Assembly (NCBI GenBank): GCA_038841535.1
Contig: JAWBTQ010000006.1
Coordinates: forward strand, 12,300-76,299
Length of the DNA stretch: 64,000 nt
Origin: Sulfolobales archaeon
Lineage (GTDB): Archaea > Thermoproteota > Thermoprotei_A > Sulfolobales > NBVN01
Reading direction: 5' to 3'
Each line of letters begins with the position of its first letter. The stretch's first letter is position 1. The position numbers were made by a program, and so were the translations under genes. This document shows positions 11,073 through 21,082 of this stretch, in pieces. Below the pieces are notes generated by a model. It was not told the DNA's origin. It did not search any database and saw only the letters and a list, made by a program, of their open reading frames with translations.

Positions 11073-11539
11073 GTCAGGACAAGATATCGAAATACTTAGA
11101 GAACCGAATTAGGGAAATTGAGAAGAAGATTAAGGAGTTATCGGAAGAACTAGAGATACTGAAGCAGATAGCTTCAGCTTTCCCCGGCTCGAAGCAAGGA
11201 GTGGTGCAGCAAGTCCACAGTGAAGAAGCTAAAGTAGCTCAGCAGGAGAAAATTAAGGTGATTTATGCCGAGGACGAGATAATCGCTAACGAGATAGTGG
11301 CAGACAATATGGTTAAAATAGTTCTCAGGGGTGGGATAAGGTCCGAGGACGAGATAGTAGTAAACTTCTTGCTCAAAATCCTAGAGGAATTGAAGGGAAG
11401 AAAGGACTTAGACGACTTCAAACTTAAGGAAAGTGGAGGGTATATAACTCAAATAGACTTACTCAACCCAACGTCTATAGCAATAAGGCAAGTCGAGATA
11501 GCACTAAGATACGTGTGGAGTAAGCATTCTTCGGGTTAG
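11069..11539 (+). CDS. Hypothetical protein with N-terminal coiled coil
   Basis: Overlaps the udg stop (TTGA); heptad-like N-terminus. Confidence 0.65.
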   Translation: MSQDKISKYLENRIREIEKKIKELSEELEILKQIASAFPGSKQGVVQQVHSEEAKVAQQEKIKVIYAEDEIIANEIVADNMVKIVLRGGIRSEDEIVVNFLLKILEELKGRKDLDDFKLKESGGYITQIDLLNPTSIAIRQVEIALRYVWSKHSSG

Positions 11540-11555
11540 CTGGCTTCATCGTATA

Positions 11556-12905
11556 CTAAGAAACTGAGAGCTCTCTATCTTTTCTGGCGACTACATATGT
11601 TGCTACCAGCGATAACAGTACAGCAGGGAGTGACGCGACTGTTACTGCTTCCCCTGTATGTGGACCGGTTAAGACTATGGCAAAATCGAATGCTGAAGGA
11701 ACTTTGCTGACTTTGATAGCTCTTCCTTCGAGTGAAACCTGAATTACCTGCGTATACATGCGACCTTCAGCTAATCTCGCAACTCCCCTCTCGTCGTACA
11801 TCGCCCTAGCGTACAGAACCACAGGCACGCTTTCACTTATATACCTCCCGAAGGCCTCAGTCCGAATTTCAACATCCCCTGAAAGAGGGTTTTGCGAAGA
11901 GTCTACTGATTTACCCGACAGCTCAGGGTTTACGAGAAACCCTATTTTAAGCAGCCTTAGCAATACTATGTCCGTATAAACGTATTCAAACCCGCTGTAG
12001 CCATAGCCTGTATCAGTAACCATCTTCAATAACATGGTGTCTGAATACCCATTTATCTTCACGCTTCCCGCATAAACTACTACGAGATTAGCGTCTGTAC
12101 TAAAGGAGTAGTAAAACATAGTCGCTGCAGTTGCTACTATTAACAATATCAATATGGCCTTCGTGAAAAACCCCAGACCTTCTCGGTATACTCTAAAAAC
12201 TATGTATCTAAAGAAGAACCCCTCTCTAAATGCTCTTAACTCTAAGACTTTACTTCTACCGAGAATCCAAGCCATAGCTATACCTGTAATAAAGCCTCCT
12301 GCGTGTGCGAAGAAAGCGACCCCACCTATCCTCATATACCCGTACAATACCTGCATAGCAAACCAGAAAACCAAGTATATAGACGCTCTAAGGGTAAAGC
12401 ACGCCGGCAGAAACAATAGTGGAAAGCACGCAACAAGTGAAGTCCCGGGAAAGAACATTAGATAAGCCCCTAAAACACCACTAATAGCTCCCGAAGCCCC
12501 GACTGCTGGGATATCTATAGCCTCCAACCCAGATATAGAAATGGAGGCAGTGTGAAATAGCGCTGCTCCAATTCCAGAGACTATGTACAGAAGTAGAAAT
12601 CTGCGAGAACCAACTAAGTCCTCGACTCCTTTACCAAAGACGTACAGAAAGTACATGTTGAAGACTATGTGTAGCAGGTCAGCATGAATAAACATCGATG
12701 TAAACATTCTAACGACTCCCTCGTATGAGAGAAGAAGAGCTGGGATGTAGCCTAACTTGTAGATATAGCTTGGCAATGTACTAGTGAAGTACGTTGTAGA
12801 CGAAGTCACTATATAGACAACTGTATTTAGAGCTATTATAGCGATAGTCATCAAGGGCGTGCGCCTCGGCACCGCACCCCCAAAGACATAGCCCACGGCT
12901 AGCAC
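11556..12905 (-). CDS. Rhomboid intramembrane serine protease with long C-terminal extension
   Basis: HADLLHIVFNM, GASGAISG (catalytic Ser), AHAGG (catalytic His). Confidence 0.92.
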   Translation of the reverse strand: MLAVGYVFGGAVPRRTPLMTIAIIALNTVVYIVTSSTTYFTSTLPSYIYKLGYIPALLLSYEGVVRMFTSMFIHADLLHIVFNMYFLYVFGKGVEDLVGSRRFLLLYIVSGIGAALFHTASISISGLEAIDIPAVGASGAISGVLGAYLMFFPGTSLVACFPLLFLPACFTLRASIYLVFWFAMQVLYGYMRIGGVAFFAHAGGFITGIAMAWILGRSKVLELRAFREGFFFRYIVFRVYREGLGFFTKAILILLIVATAATMFYYSFSTDANLVVVYAGSVKINGYSDTMLLKMVTDTGYGYSGFEYVYTDIVLLRLLKIGFLVNPELSGKSVDSSQNPLSGDVEIRTEAFGRYISESVPVVLYARAMYDERGVARLAEGRMYTQVIQVSLEGRAIKVSKVPSAFDFAIVLTGPHTGEAVTVASLPAVLLSLVATYVVARKDRELSVS

Positions 12906-13016
12906 CGTAGCTTAGTATTGCTTAGATATATATATGAGAAGCGGGAAACTGTACCATCGCGCCTCAGGCTAGAGATTTGGGAAGATCGAGCACTACGAAT
13001 CCGATAACTAGCTAAG

Positions 13017-13286
13017 CTATATCTCAATCTCTCCCCGCCTGAAGGCGTCGATAACGTTTTTAGAAACGGTATAGCATCCTATACCCCGCTTGATCAAGCC
13101 TAAAGACACTAGTTTAGCTAATATCTTAGATGGGTTCTTTATTCCCATAGCTCTTAGCTCTCTGGAGACAAGTATCTCTCCAACAGACCTATACCTAAGG
13201 AAATACCTTAGAGTTGCGAGCTCTTCGTCACTCAAGCTCTTGAGAATGGCTGGTAGGTTGTCTCCACTTTGAGTTTCTTGAGTCAA
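13017..13286 (-). CDS. Small winged-helix-like protein
   Basis: Helical pattern followed by LVSLGLIKRGIGCY wing. Confidence 0.55.
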   Translation of the reverse strand: MTQETQSGDNLPAILKSLSDEELATLRYFLRYRSVGEILVSRELRAMGIKNPSKILAKLVSLGLIKRGIGCYTVSKNVIDAFRRGEIEI

Positions 13287-13296
13287 CAGGTTCCAC

Positions 13297-14268
13297 CTAG
13301 TAGTAGTACGTGTTAACGTAGTTATGCTCTACTATCTTAGAAGCGTTTCCAAGGCTTGCGCAAACTGAAGACAGGGGACAGAAGTTCGACCTCTCACAAG
13401 CCGGGTTTTCTCTAGTACAGTACTTTCTACCGAAAGCCCACAGAAAGTCGTCGAGATAGTCTGGTCTGATACATGAGATCCTGGAAACGTAATTGTAAGC
13501 TCTTCTTACAGCCATTCTCAACTCTATATCCTCTTCATACGTAAACTCAGACCTACTCGAGACTTTACGCATCAGATGGTCATCGAGCTTAACTAGCTTT
13601 AATCTTAGTGCTACCCTAGTTAAGTGGTTATCCACTGGTACTTCTATGTTGTGAGTGTCAACAACTTTGATGAGACCCCTTCTTAGAGCGAACTTTATAA
13701 AGAGAAATTGCTTTTTCTCGACAGGGTCTGAATATGCCTTAAACACTTTAAGTAAGTTCCCGAGTCCGTAAGTCGTGGGGTGCCTTATGTAACCTCTAGA
13801 AACCCTAACTAGCTCGGATACTGACCCCCTAAAGTATTTAATGAGCTTTATACCCGCATCGCGAAGTAGTTCTGCTCGGACATCGGGATCCCAGATACTC
13901 TCCCCGCTTTGAGTTCGCAACCACTTCGTAACTTCTTCTAGCGATATCGCCGCCATTCTATCAGGGTTAAAGTAGTCTGGATCCTCTCTGTACCTTAAGA
14001 CCCCTAGGTGATAGAGTAAGTCGGCCCCATGATAGCTTTCTCCACCTATGCGCATCTCGAAAGGCTTTAACCTTGAGGTCCTATGATCTATAGCTACCAT
14101 AAAGAAAAAGTACCTAAGGACTTTTTCTACCTCTTCATTCTTCGGGGGATAGAAGTGGGGGTCAGTAAAGTCTTCTATTGCTTTAACAACTTCAGTAAAG
14201 GATTCCCTTATTGCTCTAGCCACCACCGAGATTCTGCTAAAAGACAGCTCTAGAGGCAGCCTCAACAC
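13297..14268 (-). CDS. HhH-superfamily (endonuclease III-like) protein with C-terminal Fe-S loop
   Basis: VPVDNHLTRVALRL motif and C-terminal C-x6-C-x5-C-x5-C. Confidence 0.6.
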   Translation of the reverse strand: MLRLPLELSFSRISVVARAIRESFTEVVKAIEDFTDPHFYPPKNEEVEKVLRYFFFMVAIDHRTSRLKPFEMRIGGESYHGADLLYHLGVLRYREDPDYFNPDRMAAISLEEVTKWLRTQSGESIWDPDVRAELLRDAGIKLIKYFRGSVSELVRVSRGYIRHPTTYGLGNLLKVFKAYSDPVEKKQFLFIKFALRRGLIKVVDTHNIEVPVDNHLTRVALRLKLVKLDDHLMRKVSSRSEFTYEEDIELRMAVRRAYNYVSRISCIRPDYLDDFLWAFGRKYCTRENPACERSNFCPLSSVCASLGNASKIVEHNYVNTYYY

Positions 14269-14338
14269 CGCTGTAAACTAGTTGTAGCCGTTATAAGAGT
14301 TCTTCGAACATCAGTATGTAGAATTCGAGTTCCTACGA

Positions 14339-15181
14339 GTGCTGAGAAAAATATACCTCAAATCTAATTTAGTTGTTCAAAGTTTATTCATACTGTTGGG
14401 GAGAATGTTGAGACCGTATATAGTAAGGTTCGTATCTCAGAAGTCAGGTGTAGGTAAAACTTTCGTAGCATCCAGCGTAGTAGAGGCTTTAGTAAAGGCT
14501 GGCTATAGTGTGGCGGTTGTTAAGCACTCAGCAAGCGGTATAAGTCTCGAAGAAAAAGATAGTGCGCGCTACCTTAGGGCTGGAGCTATGGAAGTCGTGG
14601 TAGCAAGTAAAGAACTAGTCCTACTGTATAGCAAAACATTAACAGACGACCTTAATGAGATAACTAGCTATATCTCTAGACCCCTAATTGTGGTAGAGGG
14701 GTTTAAAGATGCGCATATAGGTGATAGCGTAGTAGTAGCTGATTTCGTGGAGGAAGCAACCAGAATTATCAGCAATGACACTATTGCCATAGTTTTAAGT
14801 AGAGAACCTTTAAACCCGGAACTGGGGGAAGGTATTAAAGTACCTGTTTTCTCTAGCAATCAGATAAGTTCACTAGCTGACCTAATAATAAGAAGATCGA
14901 TAGAGCACTTCACGTCTCAACTTCCAGGTTTGAATTGTGGTGCCTGCGGCTATAACTACTGCAGAACTTTAGCCATGAAAATACTTAAGGGTGTGAAAGT
15001 AGCTTGCCCTATTACGCTTAATGTAAAACTCACTGTTAACGGTCAAGAAGTACATCTAAACCCCTTCGTAAAGAACGTGATAAGCTCGGTAGTTGAAGGA
15101 CTACTGAATTCTCTTAAAGGTATACCTGCTGACGTAAAGCGCATTACACTAGAGGTAGACAAAACAGCGCGTACGAGTTAA
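14339..15181 (+). CDS. mobB: Molybdopterin-guanine dinucleotide biosynthesis protein MobB with Fe-S domain (start probably ATG ~14405)
   Basis: SGVGKT, VAVVKH, KDS, VEGFK, LPGLNCGACGY, LNPFV. Confidence 0.88.
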   Translation: MLRKIYLKSNLVVQSLFILLGRMLRPYIVRFVSQKSGVGKTFVASSVVEALVKAGYSVAVVKHSASGISLEEKDSARYLRAGAMEVVVASKELVLLYSKTLTDDLNEITSYISRPLIVVEGFKDAHIGDSVVVADFVEEATRIISNDTIAIVLSREPLNPELGEGIKVPVFSSNQISSLADLIIRRSIEHFTSQLPGLNCGACGYNYCRTLAMKILKGVKVACPITLNVKLTVNGQEVHLNPFVKNVISSVVEGLLNSLKGIPADVKRITLEVDKTARTS

Positions 15182-15264
15182 GTGAGGTAGCGTAGCTTAA
15201 CTAATACGTGGTACTCGAACCACAATTATTCCATACCTCCTGCTTGAAAATCCCGTGTAACCAG

Positions 15265-16053
15265 CTAAGGGTAGACTCTTATTTCTTTATCACCTACCTT
15301 CATAAGTACCTCAAAGTACTCGGCAATCTTTGTAGACACTATCTTGGGTTTGAGGACGGCCTCTATCTGGAAGAGACCAGCAAAATTATCCATCGTGACT
15401 TCGATAGATACTGGTCTATAAACACCGGTTAGTATATCTACTCTCTTGATGCTTAAGGCGGATACAGAATGCATATCTATCTTACCAAGCTTGTAGGGTA
15501 TTCTAGCTCTTCCTTCCGCCATATCTGTTCCGTCCGCAACCTTGACAACTCCTGCTTCAACCGTTAAAGCCTGGGTATTCGTTTCCGTAGCGTATATCGA
15601 GTGCAAGATCTCCTGCCTAATCATCCTCCTTCTTTTTCCTTCAATGCTAGGCATAACGTCGATCAACATTCTGTCAACTATGTCTTTGGCAAGCAGTGAA
15701 CCTACAAACTCGTGATTTACTCTGTGTACGGCATTTCCTATGTCGTGTAGATAAGCTGATGCGAGAACTATGACCATGCTCTCCTCCAAGTTCTTAGTGA
15801 TGCCGAACTCGATAGACGTAGGTTTAACTCCAGATTTAATGAGTAGGTCGAGTATCTCAAGAGCTGCACCACTCACTATCCTAGAATGTACTGCTCCATG
15901 ATCATTGTATCTGAGCCTACCGACTGCCATAATGTTAGCCATATCAACGAGGCTCTGTACTTCTTCATCTGACTCTAAAAACTCGTATATCTTCCTTAAG
16001 GTGTTATAACTCTCAATAAACTTTCTTACTAGCCCTGGACTGACTACCACCAT
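15265..16053 (-). CDS. HD-domain phosphohydrolase
   Basis: YNDHGAVHS, LHDIGN, VADGTDM. Confidence 0.88.
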   Translation of the reverse strand: MVVVSPGLVRKFIESYNTLRKIYEFLESDEEVQSLVDMANIMAVGRLRYNDHGAVHSRIVSGAALEILDLLIKSGVKPTSIEFGITKNLEESMVIVLASAYLHDIGNAVHRVNHEFVGSLLAKDIVDRMLIDVMPSIEGKRRRMIRQEILHSIYATETNTQALTVEAGVVKVADGTDMAEGRARIPYKLGKIDMHSVSALSIKRVDILTGVYRPVSIEVTMDNFAGLFQIEAVLKPKIVSTKIAEYFEVLMKVGDKEIRVYP

Positions 16054-16091
16054 ATGCTATTCCTCTCTCCCAACGACACACCAGGTAGGAG

Positions 16092-16182
16092 TGGGGCCGC
16101 CGGGATTTGAACCCGGGACCACCAGCGTACTGGCGGGGGATGTCCCCAGGCTGGCATCCTAGCCAAGCTAGACGACGGCCCC
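16092..16182 (-). tRNA. tRNA-Pro(GGG) with 16-nt intron at 37/38 (16128-16143)
   Basis: GGGGCCG acceptor, CCAGC-CTGGGG[intron]C-GCTGG, GGTTCAAATCC; bulge-helix-bulge with CTGG/CCAG helix. Confidence 0.95.
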
Positions 16183-16632
16183 GTACTTAACTAACTCGAA
16201 GGATATTTTAAATTTTAGTTTACTAGTAGCATCACTACTAGAGCAACATAAACCAATACATTCTCCTATTGCTGCAGTGGTCAGTTTTTCTACAGTGCGC
16301 AGCAGGTTGAATTCGTAGTTTACTTATGTGAATTCTTAGCTATCACTTTTTCAGTGTTTACTAGAACAATGCTCACAAAAGTCCATCTGAAGTAAGGTGT
16401 GTGCTCCCTACTCTTCTCAGTGCTAGCTCTACCGACGTAAGCACGCATGCGGTCACGGAGCACTTGTTCCATACTCAGCGGTAGGTCCACCTCCTATTTG
16501 CTCTCATGTGTTTCGCTAGTGTTAGCCCCAGATCGCTATTCTCGATACCCTACGGAAAGCAGTTAGAGCAGTTATAGAGCTGAAGCCTACTGTTACAAGG
16601 AGTTTAATAGCGTTTGAGCTTACTTTGTTTCG

Positions 16633-18591
16633 GTGGCGAGTTTAGCACTCTTAGCTACCCCTAGTAGCAGTGGAAGTGGAGCTTCAAACTACACAGCTCG
16701 CGAGCTCGATAGCGCATCTAGGGCTCCCGCACCGCTGAGTTCAACAACTGCGCAAGAACCTGCTGGAACATCTGAACACTCACAAGTAGTGTTGGAGTCT
16801 CTGGATACGGTAGCTAAGAGTAATTGGCTACTAAGCGTTGACTCTCAAAAGAGATCGATTATGTCGCCTGCTAAAGAAAGTACTGAGAGGAAAATCGACC
16901 TAGTTAAGTCACTAATAGCAGGCAGTGTCGTCGGAGCCTTGATCGGATTCAGCAATACTTATGGTTATGCTATTAGTGGATACACAACATCTGAGCTATC
17001 ACCTATTGTAGCTGGAGTTCTAACGTATCTTCTGTTAAGGTTTGTACTAGGTGTTTACAGCACACTTGCTCACATCGCTGCTATAGCGTTTGCCGTAGGA
17101 ATAGACATTACTACTACTCTAACTTCAGGTATGTTAATTACTTACACCATGTTCGCCGAGAGAGCTGACCCAAGAATGGTGAACATGGCATCATGGGTGT
17201 ACAAGGGTTTAAGCACGGAATCCATGCTATTCTATCTATTCGCGTCCTCAGTTTCGGCGGGCGGGGTATTAATAGCGTTATCGCTAAGTGATCATTTTAT
17301 CGAAAGAGAAAGACTCATATTTCCTGTTGGAGGAGGAGCCTGGAGAGCAGTAAACGTAATAAGGAATTTTCAAATACACAAAATAGCTGCTACAATAACT
17401 GTGGGGTTCACTCTAGAGCTATTGGCGCTCTACGGAAGCGTGTCCGCAGATTTTGCTCAAATGCTCTACCTCGTCGCTCCCGGGGCGGCACTAGCTTTAG
17501 CTTTCGACCCTCTAATACTACTCCTAGCTCTCCTATTACCTGTAAGTTCTTCAGCAGGTGTCGGAGTGGGGAGCATCATTATGTTCATGGCGATCACTCC
17601 AGCCCTAGCTTTTTTAAGGGTTTTGGTTCCCCTTCCAACAATGAGTACATACGATCTAGCTACATCAGCATCGGCGTCTACAGCTTCATTACTGATAGGC
17701 TACCTCTCACTAATGGCATCTTACTACATAGTTAAGTATAGGAGAATGTTTATTCACTCACTAACTCTTATTAGAGAGATAAAGGAGTATAGGTCTACGT
17801 TCTTTGCTGGTGTATTACTTATCTCCCTACCGGTTATTCCCGCTTTATTAGTTTCTAGAGATGCTGCTAGAATAATAATAATCTTACCAGCTTTAGTGAT
17901 CCTGTACTTACTCATAACGCTTCTAACCTGCCGAGTGGTAGGTGAAGTCGGTATAGTATCTCAATCCACTCTACCAGCTGTTACGGGACTGATGTTTGCT
18001 GCTGGAATAAGAGAGTCTATGCCTTACGTTCTTCTAGACCCGTATACTGGAACCCCCATGCCTCAGTTTGTTGCTGCTACGTCAATGAATATCATTAAAC
18101 TTAGTAAGTACTCTGGGGTTAAACCCAGCTTTATAGGTTTTCTAGTTATGTTGGGGATAGTTCTTGGGGCTCCACTAACCCTAGCCTACGGGAATCTTCT
18201 CTTAACTACATACGGAACGTCGTCACCTAAGCTCCCCCTTATTAGATGGCTTCCCATAGTTACGTGGATGAACGCTATTTACACTGGGAATGTGCTGGCA
18301 CTACCCTCGCAATCTTTTATCTTAGGTATACTCCTAGCTATAGCTATTCTATTCGTAGTTAGAGTGCTAGGCATTAAGGGGCTCTCTCCTTTCGCTATAT
18401 TAGTGGGGGTTACTGTAACACCAGATATAGGTGTACTCTTCGTATTAGCATCGCTAATTAAGTACTTAGCTCTACGCATAGGGCCCGACACCTACGAGTC
18501 TTTAGTTGCCTACTCATCACTAGGATTTTTCGGTAGTACCTTAGCAATAGTAACCTACACCTTATACGAACTATTAACTATGGGAGTGTGA
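16633..18591 (+). CDS. OPT/YSL-like oligopeptide transporter-related membrane protein
   Basis: Many TM segments; FIERERLIFPVGGG and CRVVGEVG motifs typical of the OPT-like family; start may be 16633 (TATA at ~16603) or 16861. Confidence 0.65.
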   Translation: MASLALLATPSSSGSGASNYTARELDSASRAPAPLSSTTAQEPAGTSEHSQVVLESLDTVAKSNWLLSVDSQKRSIMSPAKESTERKIDLVKSLIAGSVVGALIGFSNTYGYAISGYTTSELSPIVAGVLTYLLLRFVLGVYSTLAHIAAIAFAVGIDITTTLTSGMLITYTMFAERADPRMVNMASWVYKGLSTESMLFYLFASSVSAGGVLIALSLSDHFIERERLIFPVGGGAWRAVNVIRNFQIHKIAATITVGFTLELLALYGSVSADFAQMLYLVAPGAALALAFDPLILLLALLLPVSSSAGVGVGSIIMFMAITPALAFLRVLVPLPTMSTYDLATSASASTASLLIGYLSLMASYYIVKYRRMFIHSLTLIREIKEYRSTFFAGVLLISLPVIPALLVSRDAARIIIILPALVILYLLITLLTCRVVGEVGIVSQSTLPAVTGLMFAAGIRESMPYVLLDPYTGTPMPQFVAATSMNIIKLSKYSGVKPSFIGFLVMLGIVLGAPLTLAYGNLLLTTYGTSSPKLPLIRWLPIVTWMNAIYTGNVLALPSQSFILGILLAIAILFVVRVLGIKGLSPFAILVGVTVTPDIGVLFVLASLIKYLALRIGPDTYESLVAYSSLGFFGSTLAIVTYTLYELLTMGV

Positions 18592-18594
18592 GCT

Positions 18595-20157
18595 ATGGAC
18601 TTGGTGTTCCTAGTTTTCTCTGCGACATACCTCGGAGTTCTAATATACGCCATCATAAACCTAGCTAAGACCAAAAACGTGAGTGTAGAATTACCTCCAA
18701 CTGCTCTTCAGCGTTATGCTAGACATAGCGCAACTAAGCTACGGGTATTCGGCAGAGTACTGAAGATAACCCTATTAAACATAACGACTCTTCTAATTCT
18801 CTTGTGTATTGCGGTATCGTCTCTTATAGCTGCTACCGCCTACAGTGATAAGAGAACCGAGTTCATTCAAGCCATAGAGGAATCTGTTCAAGCACCTATA
18901 GCTCTCATTAAGCTCTCTAAGCCGGTCAGTAAGCATGACGCCGTGACATCGCTTTACCATGTAATAGAGAGATCTGAATCCGTATCCTACCTCTATAGAG
19001 CGACACTGGAGAGAGGTATATTTGTCGATAGCTTGCCGGGAGTTAAGTGGGTAGTCATCGGCGTAGATGGAGATCTCCGATCAAAGCTCAATATATCTGA
19101 AAAAGAAATCTTAACTGGTTGCCAAACTCTTTCGGAGGTAGCCCACTACTCATCGAGGTTTAAGGTTACATGCATCCAAGACTCCACCTTCAGATTCAAG
19201 ATAACTCCACTCGAAACTCTACTGCCGGTTCTGGGCTATATTGGTATGGAGCCTATAACTCCCTCACTTGACTTAGTCATAATATCCGATGTCGAGACCA
19301 TCGCTGAGATACTAAGCCTCGGAGACACTCTAGTTACCGACGTCTTATTTGTTGGGAAGGACATTGATCGTAACGTAGTCGAGAGCGTACTCGAAGTACT
19401 GAATGTAGACACATTACAATACTTCTTCAATACCACAGCCCTAATTCTAGGTTCAGTGCGAGTGATGACTCTTGAGGCTGCGATATCGACACTTTTTGTA
19501 GTAATGTCCTGTGCTATTGTTGTAGCTGTAGCCTATAGATCCCTTCTACCAGAGTTCAAAACTATTAATGAGAGACTTCACTACATAGGATTGCCCCCAT
19601 GGGGAACTACTATTACTCTATTGATGCATGTAGCAGTAGCTGTATCTCTTGGAGCACTGGCTTCATCGACCTTGGCCTCGTTTCTATTTACGGCCCGTCA
19701 AGCAATCATTTCAACCACAGTTAGCCTATTCTCAGGTCTTTTGGCAGCCCTAACTCTAGTAAGAGAGCTGAGTACCGGAACGACTAGTTATGGAGCGTAT
19801 ACCCCTACAGTTGAGAGACACGAGATTGTGTTTCCAACCATAAAAATCGGGAATTTGGGGGAGTTAGTGAACATGGTAAGAGAAGCTATTGAAACTAACG
19901 AGTTTTTTGAACTTGAGGAATTTGAGTATAGGAGTTGGGAAAAAGAAGTAGTAGTATACTGCCGCGTTAACTTCAAAGAGATGTGGGGTGTTATTTTGAG
20001 TGGATTAATAGCTGTAACTCCTCTGGATAGCAACATGGTAAAGGTATTCCTTGAGACAGATGTATCTAGTATAGAGGAAATATCTGAAAGCATAAATAAC
20101 TCAATAAGAGCCCTGTTCGTCTCGAAGGTAATAGGTAAGCTGAAGACACTTTTATAG
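18595..20157 (+). CDS. FtsX/MacB-like permease-type membrane protein
   Basis: TM, large extracellular domain, then 3 TMs with LHYIGLPP, then soluble tail; 3 nt after the OPT-like gene. Confidence 0.5.
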   Translation: MDLVFLVFSATYLGVLIYAIINLAKTKNVSVELPPTALQRYARHSATKLRVFGRVLKITLLNITTLLILLCIAVSSLIAATAYSDKRTEFIQAIEESVQAPIALIKLSKPVSKHDAVTSLYHVIERSESVSYLYRATLERGIFVDSLPGVKWVVIGVDGDLRSKLNISEKEILTGCQTLSEVAHYSSRFKVTCIQDSTFRFKITPLETLLPVLGYIGMEPITPSLDLVIISDVETIAEILSLGDTLVTDVLFVGKDIDRNVVESVLEVLNVDTLQYFFNTTALILGSVRVMTLEAAISTLFVVMSCAIVVAVAYRSLLPEFKTINERLHYIGLPPWGTTITLLMHVAVAVSLGALASSTLASFLFTARQAIISTTVSLFSGLLAALTLVRELSTGTTSYGAYTPTVERHEIVFPTIKIGNLGELVNMVREAIETNEFFELEEFEYRSWEKEVVVYCRVNFKEMWGVILSGLIAVTPLDSNMVKVFLETDVSSIEEISESINNSIRALFVSKVIGKLKTLL

Positions 20158-20272
20158 AGAGATTATGTCTTCAAAGCAGCGGGGAAACCGCTCGATTTAT
20201 AAGCACTAATTAGCTTTAGCACTAAGAAAGTGTTGGCTGATCAGGCTGGTAATAGAGTACTTAGCCAGGCTA

Positions 20273-21073
20273 GTGGAAGCAATACATTTAGCGGTCTACT
20301 CGTACATTAAGCCAGCAGCACCGCACAGGTTCTCCTCAAGGTTTAAAGACCTAGAAACCATAGTATTTACGGTAACCTCATCTTTAGACATCTATAGCCA
20401 GACCTTTACCGCCGGTCTAGACGTCAGTACCGGGAAAGAGACTCTGTACTCCATAGGCATAGGTCGCCTTTTCTACCACTCTCTTGCTAAGTCATACAGG
20501 AAACTTGGGATAAGAGCTCACCAAACCCTCAACTTAGTTTTAATCCCATCAACTCTCTCCATAGCTTACTCCACACGCCAGCACCCGTTCGCTAATAGCT
20601 ATAGGAGGATATTCTCTGCTGTGTTAGAAGTGGACAATCCTAAGGATGTAGCGACCTTGGTTGATGGAATAAGGCAGTTCTACGGCGTTGGCTCTGCTGT
20701 TCTCTCAGAGCAAGGATTAACCCCCAGTAGGCTAGCAACTGAAAAACCCTCTATAGGAGACATACTCCAAGTGCTGGAAGCTAAAGCAAGAGACTTGCGG
20801 TATACGTTAAAGAGAATGGATTACATATTCGAGGTCGGAACGGAAGTAGCGCGAATGACGGCAAGCGGTATTGAACCTAACGATGTGGTCGTCAGGGCGT
20901 TTCTCAGGTTAGCGCAAGTGGAATGCGGCAAACTAGGGAAAGTTTCCGAAGTCAATCAGAAGAACCTCTATGATCTCGATAAAGAGCTCTCAAAGGACGG
21001 TGTTGACCTTTCTTACTTAATAACGCCACTAACCCTCACCCTCCTCCTCTCAAACTACTTAAGCGAGAAGTAG
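20273..21073 (+). CDS. Divergent CitG-like (triphosphoribosyl-dephospho-CoA synthase fold) protein
   Basis: KPAAPHRF resembles CitG KPGNVHR; TLNL..IP; C-terminal LDKELSKDGVDLS; frame open upstream to 20210. Confidence 0.45.
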   Translation: MEAIHLAVYSYIKPAAPHRFSSRFKDLETIVFTVTSSLDIYSQTFTAGLDVSTGKETLYSIGIGRLFYHSLAKSYRKLGIRAHQTLNLVLIPSTLSIAYSTRQHPFANSYRRIFSAVLEVDNPKDVATLVDGIRQFYGVGSAVLSEQGLTPSRLATEKPSIGDILQVLEAKARDLRYTLKRMDYIFEVGTEVARMTASGIEPNDVVVRAFLRLAQVECGKLGKVSEVNQKNLYDLDKELSKDGVDLSYLITPLTLTLLLSNYLSEK

Positions 21074-21082
21074 CTACAGTAA

